Below are positions 19,225 through 27,754 of a stretch of 64,000 bases of DNA, piece after piece (the stretch's first letter is position 1; every line of letters begins with the position of its first letter). The notes under the pieces were generated by a model, which worked only from the letters and a program-made list of their open reading frames with translations, was not told the DNA's origin and made no database searches. The DNA lies in IMG/VR virus record IMGVR_UViG_3300028597_000007, one strand, 5' to 3'. Origin of the DNA: a virus. Made by a program: the position numbers and the translations under genes.

Positions 19225-19829
19225 CCCACTATCAAATCCGGCCCATAAGTGAAATAGGAGCATCCCACGAACTACTGGCTTTACTGGTTAGCATTGCTAA
19301 TCGGGTCAGTGGTCGCAATACCAGTTGTGCTCACGCGGAACACTACCGTTCTCTTGCCTTGGACCGTTGGGGTCGGGCTTGTGGAAACGTGTACCGGGTG
19401 TGCGAGGCTGGTATGGAAAAGTGTGTTGGCTGGGATTGGCAAATCGCCTAATCCAAACCTGAATACTTTCCAAGCGACTGCCTGACAAACTCACAGGCCG
19501 CATTGCCGAAAGCAGGGGGTTTAAATGGACCCCATTAAGAGACCTCCGGTTTTCTCTTGTATATCTGCACAGATGTTCTGCTCGTGTAGCCTTGGGTTAA
19601 ACTGAGTTCCCACGGACTCAGCCCTTGAGCGCACCCAGACCTAGGTAGTGACCCCCCGGCGGTACCCCCAGTCCAAGTAAGGCCAACACGTCCCCGTGGG
19701 GGATACGTGAAGAGCTGCTTCCTTGACTCTCTAGCACCACCAGCAGGCTGACGGCTGGTTGGTTTCACTGAGAGCTTGTGTGGCCTTGAGTCCGGTAGGG
19801 TACTCGTCGGGTACACGTTTACTTATGCC
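19218..19829 (+). ncRNA. large structured ncRNA with RNase P RNA-like topology
   Basis: no credible ORF over ~700 nt; 11-bp long-range helix 19385-95/19810-20; terminal stem ggcatag/ttatgcc; many local hairpins; blocks colinear with recalled rnpB motifs. Confidence 0.6.
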
Positions 19830-19853
19830 CTTGGCCCGTTTAAACCAAATCTC

Positions 19854-19875
19854 AGACCTGAATTATCACTCTGAA
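19854..19875 (+). promoter_or_regulatory. phage promoter-like motif ARAMCTRRAYYATY-N4-TGA
   Basis: agacctgaattatcactctgaa. Confidence 0.6.
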
Positions 19876-19933
19876 TGACCGTCAGTAATGATTGGTTTTT
19901 CTTATTGTCCAATACCTACAAGGAATTAGTTTC

Positions 19934-20422
19934 ATGACTGTACGTTCCATCGACGAGCATCTGAATAACACAGCGCTCGAACGCATCCGCACTACCTTCG
20001 ATGCCCTGGTGGAAAACATGGGGGTTGACATCGAAGCCCTGCAATCTGGAAGCCTGCCGTACTTCCACATCCCCGAAGACCTCATCAAGCCAAACATCGT
20101 CAAGCACGCTGAGGGCGAGCTTGCTTATGGCCTCGATGAGAATGGCATTGAGCACATCGCCGTGTTCAACGTCATGGGTTGGGCCATCTTTGGCCGTAAC
20201 GGTGAGTTCACCCTGCCTGACGGTGTGGCTGAACAGGACCCGCTGGACGTTGTAGCCATCGACGAGCGCTACGACTACTGGTACGATCTGCTGAGCGAAT
20301 ACGTTCGTGCAGTGGACATGCCAGACAAAATCGACGACCCCTACGACGACGAGATCAATGTCGAAGCGGGCTTCGGTGACGCCGACGAAGACGGCGAACC
20401 AATCGATCCTAACGACGAATAA
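19934..20422 (+). CDS. acidic hypothetical protein
   Basis: aggaa RBS, directly downstream of the motif. Confidence 0.7.
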   Translation: MTVRSIDEHLNNTALERIRTTFDALVENMGVDIEALQSGSLPYFHIPEDLIKPNIVKHAEGELAYGLDENGIEHIAVFNVMGWAIFGRNGEFTLPDGVAEQDPLDVVAIDERYDYWYDLLSEYVRAVDMPDKIDDPYDDEINVEAGFGDADEDGEPIDPNDE

Positions 20423-20483
20423 GTCGCTTAGCCTCGATCCATCCTTTTAGATATTTTACCCATTTACTGGGGGAGTTGTAACT

Positions 20484-20939
20484 ATGCCAGCTTTTCGTTT
20501 GAGTGACCGTCGCCTCTTCATTCCAGAGGTAGGGATCATTCCGTACATTCGGTATCTGCGTTTGACCAAGAACGGTAACCGGCAATATCTCGTTGTCAAG
20601 GGCAAGCAAGTTACGCACTATTTCGGCATCTACAACGACAACGGTTTGGAGCCACTGAAGTTGGCGTTGGAGACACTGCAACAGGAGCACGGGGTTATTC
20701 GCACGGGCAATGCCTTGCGTAAGCGTGAGCGTCGCGATAAACAAAATCCAACGGGGATGGTGGGAGTCTACAAGAAGGCAGGCTTCTATCCGTACCACGT
20801 AACCTGTCCATACGAAACCAAAGAGGATGTACGCAGTCTAGCCACTGCATACTTGGTTCGTCAACAGGCGGAAGCAGAGTATGAGCGTAAGAACGTTCTT
20901 ACTCCAGGTCAGGTGCTGGCACAAGCATCAGGTCTGTAA
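20484..20939 (+). CDS. AP2-like DNA-binding domain protein
   Basis: RRDKQNPTGMVGVY resembles the AP2 domain start of HNH-AP2 proteins. Confidence 0.4.
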   Translation: MPAFRLSDRRLFIPEVGIIPYIRYLRLTKNGNRQYLVVKGKQVTHYFGIYNDNGLEPLKLALETLQQEHGVIRTGNALRKRERRDKQNPTGMVGVYKKAGFYPYHVTCPYETKEDVRSLATAYLVRQQAEAEYERKNVLTPGQVLAQASGL

Positions 20940-21001
20940 CACTTCCACTATCGGACAACTCAGTCGGCACAGATCGGCCTGGTTGTCCTAAGGAGCAATG
21001 A

Positions 21002-21553
21002 ATGCTTCAAGAACCCATTATTCGAAACGGGATCACCTTAGATCCCAGCATGGATGGTATCACGCACATAAACGTGTATACCGGGGGAAACACAGTTGTC
21101 GGCAGGGAGGCTAGTAACCTGTACGACAGAACACCAACTGACAACCCTAGACTGATCCTTGTCAAGGGGCCTTACTCGGCAGAGCTAAAGCCCATTGGTT
21201 ATTTCAAGACCCTTGAAGGATTTTGGTGGTGGTTGTCAACGGGTATGACCGATGACTATTTTAGGACGTGTAATGGATTTGAAGCGCGTAAGCGTGGATC
21301 ATCGTTGCCGAAGGTGACCCTTGAGTCGTTCAAGCATGAAATCAAATATGCGATAGCACTCAAGTACAAGACATATCCTGAAATCTTGGCTCGGTTACTG
21401 AACTCAACCCTCCCATTGGCTCACTACTACGTGTACGGCAAGCGTTGCCCTAACCCATTGGTTAGAACCGCTGACCGCAGCATGTGGGTGATCAGGTTCC
21501 TTGAAGAGATTCGAGAGAGCCGAGGGGAGGTAATAGACACTATTCTGACGTGA
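21002..21553 (+). CDS. NADAR-like protein
   Basis: THINVYTGGNTVVGREASNL...FKTLEGFWWWL...GFEARKRG...LKYKTYP. Confidence 0.5.
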   Translation: MLQEPIIRNGITLDPSMDGITHINVYTGGNTVVGREASNLYDRTPTDNPRLILVKGPYSAELKPIGYFKTLEGFWWWLSTGMTDDYFRTCNGFEARKRGSSLPKVTLESFKHEIKYAIALKYKTYPEILARLLNSTLPLAHYYVYGKRCPNPLVRTADRSMWVIRFLEEIRESRGEVIDTILT

Positions 21554-21593
21554 CGACGCTGAGCCTTATCGCCTGCGTCGACGGAGAGAGCAA

Positions 21594-22457
21594 ATGACTG
21601 AACCAAAACCAGTTATCCTACTCAACATCGCCGAGACGGTTCCGGTTCTCGAAGGGTTGAATCTGTACGCCATCGAAGCGGGTAACACCGACGCTAAAAA
21701 GATGGATGATCACGAAAGCTGCTTCCGCTTCTACGTGACCGCTACCAACACCAAAACCGGTGAGCGCACCAAAGAGCGTTTCGCCCTGCACGGCCGACTG
21801 CAGTCCCGCAAGGGCGTCGGCATTGACCACAAGTTCGTGGTCGACAAGATCGTCACCACGGTCAAGGAGTATCTGGCCAAAAGTGACATGATGATAACCG
21901 ACGACCTGCCGATGGGTCCAACCATGACCCAGGCCATCTGGCGTCACACCTTCGGCTCTGGCTACCGCGTTGCCGACTTCGCCAACGGCGTGGGCGTGTT
22001 CGCCCAGCCAATCGAAACCAACTTCCAGATCCTGGACGGCGACATTGAAGCCCTGGATGCAATGGACGGGAACTTCACCCTGGCCGTTGCCTCCGATTCC
22101 CTGGTGAAGTTCTACCTGGGCGAAGAACCGCCGGTATGGGGTTACAAGCACGAAGAGCGCACCGCATGGCGCCCTCACAAGAAGAAAGTCACTCCGGGCA
22201 TCATCTCGGCGTGCCTGGAACACTTCGTGGAGCACGCAGACCCAGGCCACAAAGAACTGCAAGCTTTCCCAAGCGATCGGTTCGAAGACCTGAAGTCCTA
22301 CGTGCTGAGCAAACGCGCCGTGAAAGAAGACGTGATCGATGCGGCACCGGAACCTGTCCAGGTTGAGCAACAGCCGGTTGATCTGTCGGCGCCTGAGAAA
22401 CCTGGCCTGCTCAAAAGACTTGCCAGCACCATCGGTATGGGTGCAGCCCAAGGGTAA
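21594..22457 (+). CDS. hypothetical protein
   Basis: strong codon bias, ggagag RBS. Confidence 0.75.
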   Translation: MTEPKPVILLNIAETVPVLEGLNLYAIEAGNTDAKKMDDHESCFRFYVTATNTKTGERTKERFALHGRLQSRKGVGIDHKFVVDKIVTTVKEYLAKSDMMITDDLPMGPTMTQAIWRHTFGSGYRVADFANGVGVFAQPIETNFQILDGDIEALDAMDGNFTLAVASDSLVKFYLGEEPPVWGYKHEERTAWRPHKKKVTPGIISACLEHFVEHADPGHKELQAFPSDRFEDLKSYVLSKRAVKEDVIDAAPEPVQVEQQPVDLSAPEKPGLLKRLASTIGMGAAQG

Positions 22458-22528
22458 CAGTTGAGTTTGGGGGGAGGAATCCCCCCTTACCACTGTTAAT
22501 TTTTTGTAGCTCGGCCAGGACCTTTACC

Positions 22529-23095
22529 ATGGACAAGTCGTTTTACACCAAGGTAACGGGGGACACGATCACCGCAGGGCGCTTCACTTTGGCCACCTTG
22601 CGTTTAACTCACCGACTAGGGTTAAGACGACTGTTCTCTTTCGTCTATCGCCACTTCACGGAAGAGGGTAAGCGTTGGAAAAGGATGTTGGCACTCAGTG
22701 CCATTGCGGAAACGGCGATCATGGAACGTGTAGGTTCTAATGATACGCTTAGGCGATTTGATCGGAAAATGGAAGAACACGTTGAGGTTGCAGCTGACCG
22801 TAAAACGTGGTGGGTCTTATTCGAGGTCTTTAACGATGTCGAGATGACCTACATGGTGCAGGACTTCTTAAGTCACAATCGTCGGGAAGATTTCCAGGCA
22901 TTTGGTAGAACCTGTACCGCAATCGCCAGACAAGTTCTGAACGTCTCCGTTGTGTCAGATTCTCAAGGAGCTGTTCTCAGGGAACCGGATTTTATCCGCG
23001 TCGTAGCGATACAACAACTAGCCGCATGCTTTGCCTCTTTCCCGTCTTTGCGCAGGACAGAGGAGCAGATCCGTCACCACATCCGGGCGTATTGA
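22529..23095 (+). CDS. hypothetical protein
   Basis: agga RBS. Confidence 0.6.
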   Translation: MDKSFYTKVTGDTITAGRFTLATLRLTHRLGLRRLFSFVYRHFTEEGKRWKRMLALSAIAETAIMERVGSNDTLRRFDRKMEEHVEVAADRKTWWVLFEVFNDVEMTYMVQDFLSHNRREDFQAFGRTCTAIARQVLNVSVVSDSQGAVLREPDFIRVVAIQQLAACFASFPSLRRTEEQIRHHIRAY

Positions 23096-23162
23096 TCTGT
23101 CAATTTTGGGAGGTATCTATTGAGGTACCTCCCTCCTTTGCTTTATGACCCCAGGAGCAGAA

Positions 23163-23852
23163 ATGGAAAACAAAGAAGTTCAAGTCCGACTGATGGTGTT
23201 GTCCACCGATCACGAGGATATGGAAGGTTACGAGAAGGCATTGCGTACTCTCTTCGAAGAGAACGTGGTGTCGATCAACTATTTCGATTGGGCCGTCAAA
23301 CACCCGCGCCCGCCAGTTGATCTGGGTCGCGATGGTCGCCGGGAGTTCGGCGAAAGCAACCGCGATCCGAACGCTTTCACGGTGCGCCTGGGTATACCGG
23401 CAACCATGGCAGCCAACCTGTCCGTGTTCCAGGAGCAACTGACCAACACCACCCTGCGCCGTGACCAGTTCGACCAGGACAAACGCAAGTCCTTCACCCT
23501 GGCCCTGTACGAGGTGATACCAGACGACAGTGTTGCCGAACTGTCCATCGGCCGCATTAAGGTTATCTCCAACTGCTTCTTCCCAGAGATCGGCATCGGG
23601 TTTGGCCAAGTGCAGGAGCCACGATTGGAAGTGGAGCGCGAGCGCCATCACGACCAGCCATCGCAATGGAAGACCAAACCTGTCAAGAGCAGTGGACCAG
23701 TGGCAGAAGAAGGCCGTACCCATTTCGAAGTGGCTGGCCGTGAACTGATCGCCAATGACAAGGCGCGCGAGGCAGTCTTCAATCACGCGTTCGGCAATCA
23801 CGCCAAAGCCGTGAACAAGAAGAACTTGGGCAAGGTCGCAGTCAAGAAGTAA
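23163..23852 (+). CDS. hypothetical protein
   Basis: aggag RBS, followed by hairpin 23860-23881. Confidence 0.7.
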   Translation: MENKEVQVRLMVLSTDHEDMEGYEKALRTLFEENVVSINYFDWAVKHPRPPVDLGRDGRREFGESNRDPNAFTVRLGIPATMAANLSVFQEQLTNTTLRRDQFDQDKRKSFTLALYEVIPDDSVAELSIGRIKVISNCFFPEIGIGFGQVQEPRLEVERERHHDQPSQWKTKPVKSSGPVAEEGRTHFEVAGRELIANDKAREAVFNHAFGNHAKAVNKKNLGKVAVKK

Positions 23853-23920
23853 CCGCCTGCCTCCTCCCTACGGGGAGGAGGTTTATGGTCTAGGATTTTC
23901 TTTTGTTTCAACTGATTTAC

Positions 23921-23942
23921 AAACCTAAATTATCGACTTGAC
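23921..23942 (+). promoter_or_regulatory. phage promoter-like motif
   Basis: aaacctaaattatcgacttgac. Confidence 0.6.
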
Positions 23943-23962
23943 TAACCGAAGGAATTCATGTG

Positions 23963-24427
23963 ATGCCGGAATATCGTCGCTTTCGTACCTCGCTTTGCCG
24001 TCGTCTGTTCTCGGGTTACTACGCCTGGTATCTGGAGAACCGCGAAACGTTGGAAAAGATCCATCTGGTTGTTGACTACAGTCAGATGATCGATGTGCCG
24101 TTCTTGGAGTCATACGCAACCAAGACACTGCACCCGCTGTACAACACCGAAATCCATCAAGTGATCCTCAACCTGTCGCCGGAAGCTATCCGTGGCTTTG
24201 GCGATACCGAGTATGGGATCTACTTCGATGCGCGCTTCGGCGGCGTAGATCAACATGTCGTCGTTCCTTGGGCGGCATTCATGCAGGCGTTTGTACTTGA
24301 CGAGAATAACACGGGCCAAGCGCCCATGGGCTTCTCTGGCTTCCCTCCCTATGAGTACGAGGCTGTAAAGGATGAACCAACTCCACCAACCCCAATCGGA
24401 AGACCATCTCTCTCCGTCGTCAAGTAG
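23963..24427 (+). CDS. sspB: ClpXP adaptor SspB homolog
   Basis: VILNLSPEAIRG, FDARFGG...VVPWAA, C-terminal XB-like GRPSLSVVK. Confidence 0.8.
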   Translation: MPEYRRFRTSLCRRLFSGYYAWYLENRETLEKIHLVVDYSQMIDVPFLESYATKTLHPLYNTEIHQVILNLSPEAIRGFGDTEYGIYFDARFGGVDQHVVVPWAAFMQAFVLDENNTGQAPMGFSGFPPYEYEAVKDEPTPPTPIGRPSLSVVK

Positions 24428-24514
24428 AGAGCCTTGGTTATGCGCACTTGTCCTGGTCGTAAGCCTGGGCATTTGCGGTCTATCAGTTATCTCCTTTCTC
24501 CACTAGGAATCGTC

Positions 24515-25885
24515 ATGAACAAATTGCAAGCAACCATCCGTAACCTGCTGGAAAACGGCGTGGAGCGCTCCGATCGTACTGGGGTCGGCACCCTGGCACA
24601 GTTCGGCCATATTGACCGCTGGGACCTCGAAGCAGGTCATCCACATGAGAATGCGAAGTTCACCCCGTTCAAGATCAACGTGGCTGAGTTGATCTGGATC
24701 ATCTCGGGCTCTACTCGCCTGAAGTTCCTCAAGGAACACAAGTGCCATGTGTGGGATGAATGGGTCAAGCCTGGCACTGAAGTGTGGGGACGTGAGTATA
24801 CCTACAAGGAGCGCCTGGAGATCTTCAAGCGTAAGTGCGAAGAAGGCAAGATCCAGAAAGAGGCCGTCGATCAGTACGTCGACATTTGGATGGAGATGCA
24901 TCCGAATGCGGTGATGGATGTTGAAGCCCATGAGCTGATGCTTGAGAACTTCAACATCCACACCCATGAACTACTCGACGGTGAACTGGGTCCTGTGTAC
25001 GGTCAGCAGTGGCGCAGCATCGTCGATACTCGTCGCGTTACCTTGAGTGAGGTTGAAGGCTACGTCAAACGCGGCTACCGCTTTGTCGGTGTACTGAAAG
25101 AGTCTGGCAACTCCCAGCACACTCCTGGACGTGGACGGCGTGGTCGAGGCCGCCGCATGATACGCACCGGTACTCGGATCAAGAGCAGTGCCAAGGTAGC
25201 CATCGTTGAGCGCAAGATCGATCAGCTGCAGAACGTCATCGACCAGCTCATCAACAAACCAGACGATCGCGGTATTATCGTCAACGCCTGGCATGTGCCT
25301 GATCTGGACCAGATGGCCCTGCGCCCTTGTCACACCCTGTTCCAGTTCGACACTGAGCGTCGTCCATGGGACGAGGTGCTGAGCGACATCACTGAGTCCG
25401 AACACTGGGACGAGTGGGATGAGCGCATTCAGGGCAAGTCCTCCCTCAAGAAAGAGGCGGAAGACTGGATCGAGGCCCGCAATGGCCGTGGGTTCCGTTC
25501 GCCGGACTTCTACGAATTCATCTACGAGTTTGCAGAGTCCAAACGTGTCCCCACTCGCAAACTGAGCTGCCTGCTCTACATGCGTTCGAACGACAGCTTC
25601 CTCGGGCGTCCATTCAACATCACCCAGTACGCTTTGCTGACCCGCATGGTGGCCCAGGTGGTGAACATGCATCCAGGCGAATTCGTTCTGGTCAACGGCA
25701 ACCTACACCTCTACAAGAACCACATCGAAGCGGCGAAGACCCTGCTGGAACAGAAGGGCGATCGTCCTCTGCCATGGGTCAACATCAACCCAGATGTCAA
25801 GCGTATCGAGGACTTCAAGGTTGAAGACTTCGAACTCATCAACTATGACCATGGGCCGAAGATCGGCGCACCGGTGGCAGTATGA
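24515..25885 (+). CDS. thyA: thymidylate synthase with insertions
   Basis: DRTGVGT, ELIWIISG, GPVYGQQWR, MALRPCH, YMRSND, PFNITQY, GNLHLYKNH. Confidence 0.95.
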   Translation: MNKLQATIRNLLENGVERSDRTGVGTLAQFGHIDRWDLEAGHPHENAKFTPFKINVAELIWIISGSTRLKFLKEHKCHVWDEWVKPGTEVWGREYTYKERLEIFKRKCEEGKIQKEAVDQYVDIWMEMHPNAVMDVEAHELMLENFNIHTHELLDGELGPVYGQQWRSIVDTRRVTLSEVEGYVKRGYRFVGVLKESGNSQHTPGRGRRGRGRRMIRTGTRIKSSAKVAIVERKIDQLQNVIDQLINKPDDRGIIVNAWHVPDLDQMALRPCHTLFQFDTERRPWDEVLSDITESEHWDEWDERIQGKSSLKKEAEDWIEARNGRGFRSPDFYEFIYEFAESKRVPTRKLSCLLYMRSNDSFLGRPFNITQYALLTRMVAQVVNMHPGEFVLVNGNLHLYKNHIEAAKTLLEQKGDRPLPWVNINPDVKRIEDFKVEDFELINYDHGPKIGAPVAV

Positions 25886-26199
25886 CTTGCGACATTGCGG
25901 TCTACGATGGTCGTGGTCTGAGTGAGGAGACAGACGGTAAGGGGTATCCTGTCCACCTGTTTGCATTCTCTTCGCAGGGCTATGGCTTTCTTGTTCACAC
26001 GGGTCTCTACCAGATCCCCCGTATCCTGACCCCCGATGGCCTGCGTGGTATCTACTTGAACGAACATCGCGTACAGGTGGCGGAGGCTCTCAGGAAGTAC
26101 AAGGGCATCGCTGGTTTTGACCTGCCCCGTCCCGATGAGTTGTTTGCAGCTATCTCAAGACATCAGTTCTTGGTTGACCTGCAAATCGGTTATCGGTAA
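25882..26199 (+). CDS. hypothetical protein
   Basis: ATGA-type overlap with thyA. Confidence 0.6.
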   Translation: MTCDIAVYDGRGLSEETDGKGYPVHLFAFSSQGYGFLVHTGLYQIPRILTPDGLRGIYLNEHRVQVAEALRKYKGIAGFDLPRPDELFAAISRHQFLVDLQIGYR

Positions 26200-26202
26200 A
26201 CC

Positions 26203-26239
26203 GCATACGGCCAGGGGGATGACCCCTGGCCTTTATGAC
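26203..26239. terminator. GCATA/TATG-family hairpin
   Basis: gcatac-ggccagggg-gatga-cccctggcc-tttatg. Confidence 0.75.
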
Positions 26240-26253
26240 ACTAGGAGAATTAC

Positions 26254-26988
26254 ATGATCATTCCACGCACGCAGGTTATACCCCTCACTGAACCAGTTGG
26301 GTGTATCACCCCCTATCAGTCTTGGTTGTTGTCAAGTAGGCAGACCATTTCTGGTAAGACCGTGATCAAGAAAATACTGGACGGTTTCATTGTTGGTGAT
26401 GCCGAACTTGACCCGCGACCGAAGCTTCTACTTTGCTTCTCTACCCAAACCAACAACCTTGAAATCGACGGACCCAAAGACTGCAAAATCGAAACGGTTC
26501 ATGTGACCGAGGACCTGATGCAGCTCAAAGTCTTGGCAGCGCAAATTATCTTTGAATTCGAGCGCGTCAACAGGGAAGGTTACCGGGTAGTTGGGTTAGT
26601 GCTGGACGAGCTGGTTACCAACGAGTATGTGGAGAGCATTGTGCAGCGGACCGAGCAACTGATAGGGGAGGTAGCCGAGCGTGATCGCCCTGAGATCGAG
26701 CGTAATACTTGGTCGCCGATCAACGCGTTCTATCGCTATCTGCGCGGTACCTTCTGCAAGTGGGGTTACTGCTTAATTGTTCATCACCCACTCGACAAGC
26801 GTCTGAACGACGTGGCGTATGAAGATGTACTTCCACCTGGATGGTACAACGGAACGCGTACCCTGGCTCAGGAGTTCGACGCCGAAGCAATGGTGTATCT
26901 ATCTGGTCCTGACGAGTACACCGCCCTACGCGGTAAGCTGCGCCACGTCGAGGTCGACTTCACCGAGGAAGTGAGGGTTAAACTGTGA
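26254..26988 (+). CDS. hypothetical protein
   Basis: aggaga RBS; VVGLVLDEL is only weakly Walker-B-like. Confidence 0.65.
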   Translation: MIIPRTQVIPLTEPVGCITPYQSWLLSSRQTISGKTVIKKILDGFIVGDAELDPRPKLLLCFSTQTNNLEIDGPKDCKIETVHVTEDLMQLKVLAAQIIFEFERVNREGYRVVGLVLDELVTNEYVESIVQRTEQLIGEVAERDRPEIERNTWSPINAFYRYLRGTFCKWGYCLIVHHPLDKRLNDVAYEDVLPPGWYNGTRTLAQEFDAEAMVYLSGPDEYTALRGKLRHVEVDFTEEVRVKL

Positions 26989-27236
26989 GCGGCTATGCAT
27001 ATCTGTTGTTCACAACCACAATGGTGTTAGGTGGTCACGGCAATAGTGCCAACACCGCTGTCGCCTCCAATGCCACCCACGTGGAATCCAAGGCCGACTG
27101 CATGCAGGGCGTCAAAGACTTCATTGGCCAAAGCAACTTCAAGCTTATGGGCAATGAAGGTTCGTCTCAGATAGAGGTGGCCGGACGTACCATTGTCAAG
27201 ATGGCTACCTGTTCAATTAGCGAAGGGGATTCGTAA
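26985..27236 (+). CDS. small hypothetical protein
   Basis: GTG overlap, hydrophobic N-terminus. Confidence 0.5.
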   Translation: MSGYAYLLFTTTMVLGGHGNSANTAVASNATHVESKADCMQGVKDFIGQSNFKLMGNEGSSQIEVAGRTIVKMATCSISEGDS

Positions 27237-27691
27237 TGGAACTTGCAGAAAAGATTCGCCGCATTCAGACCGAGCTGGGCAAGCCTTGTTCTGTCAATCA
27301 ATGCGGTCCTGGTGTCATCATCCCAGAAGATCCATTGCAGGATCTGGGTGACACCGTTCTGATCCATGTATTGGTTGACGCCAATGCGCTGGATATCCAA
27401 GACGGTAAGCACGAAGACTTCGCCTGGGAGCAGGCGTACTTCACTGTGTTCAACCGCCCGTCGTTCAACGATGACCCTATCGAAGTTCAGGCCAAGTCGA
27501 TCTTCGACAACTGGACCAAGAAAGGCTTCGCCAAGAACGCACATTCGCCACATCCGGTAGAGCAGGCACTGCACTATCTCAACCTGGTGATAATGGCTCC
27601 AGGCTCCTATGGGGCCAAGAGCTGCTTCGAACGTGCCAAGGTTCTGATCCTGGCTCACTGCTCTGTCGGCCAAGGCGCTAAAGAAGCTTAA
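27236..27691 (+). CDS. hypothetical protein
   Basis: coupled ORF. Confidence 0.65.
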   Translation: MELAEKIRRIQTELGKPCSVNQCGPGVIIPEDPLQDLGDTVLIHVLVDANALDIQDGKHEDFAWEQAYFTVFNRPSFNDDPIEVQAKSIFDNWTKKGFAKNAHSPHPVEQALHYLNLVIMAPGSYGAKSCFERAKVLILAHCSVGQGAKEA

Positions 27692-27754
27692 GCTGTATTT
27701 CTCAATCGGGCTGGGCAATCTCCCAGCCCGCATTTGACTATCAAGGAAAACATC

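Noticed and set aside
19234-19246. aaatccggccca as a circularly permuted RNase P CR-V pairing with ggggtcgg (19369-76)
   Set aside because: A 7-bp pairing is possible, but it competes with the P3-like hairpin, and the non-permuted model explains more helices; left as an alternative for covariation testing.
19218-19829. tmRNA, group I/II intron or tRNA cluster as the identity of the structured element
   Set aside because: No tRNA-like GGGG.../TTCRA...CCA ends, no group I P/Q/R/S elements, no group II domain V, and it does not interrupt a gene. The short ORFs here (19294, 19306, 19535) lack RBSs and look random.
24515-25885. Intein or intron in thyA (also checked in DNA polymerase)
   Set aside because: Frames are continuous, inserts are short, and there are no C/S...HN-C/S/T junctions.
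26254-26988. RecA-like ATPase call
   Set aside because: Only a Walker-B-like hhhhDE; no Walker A.
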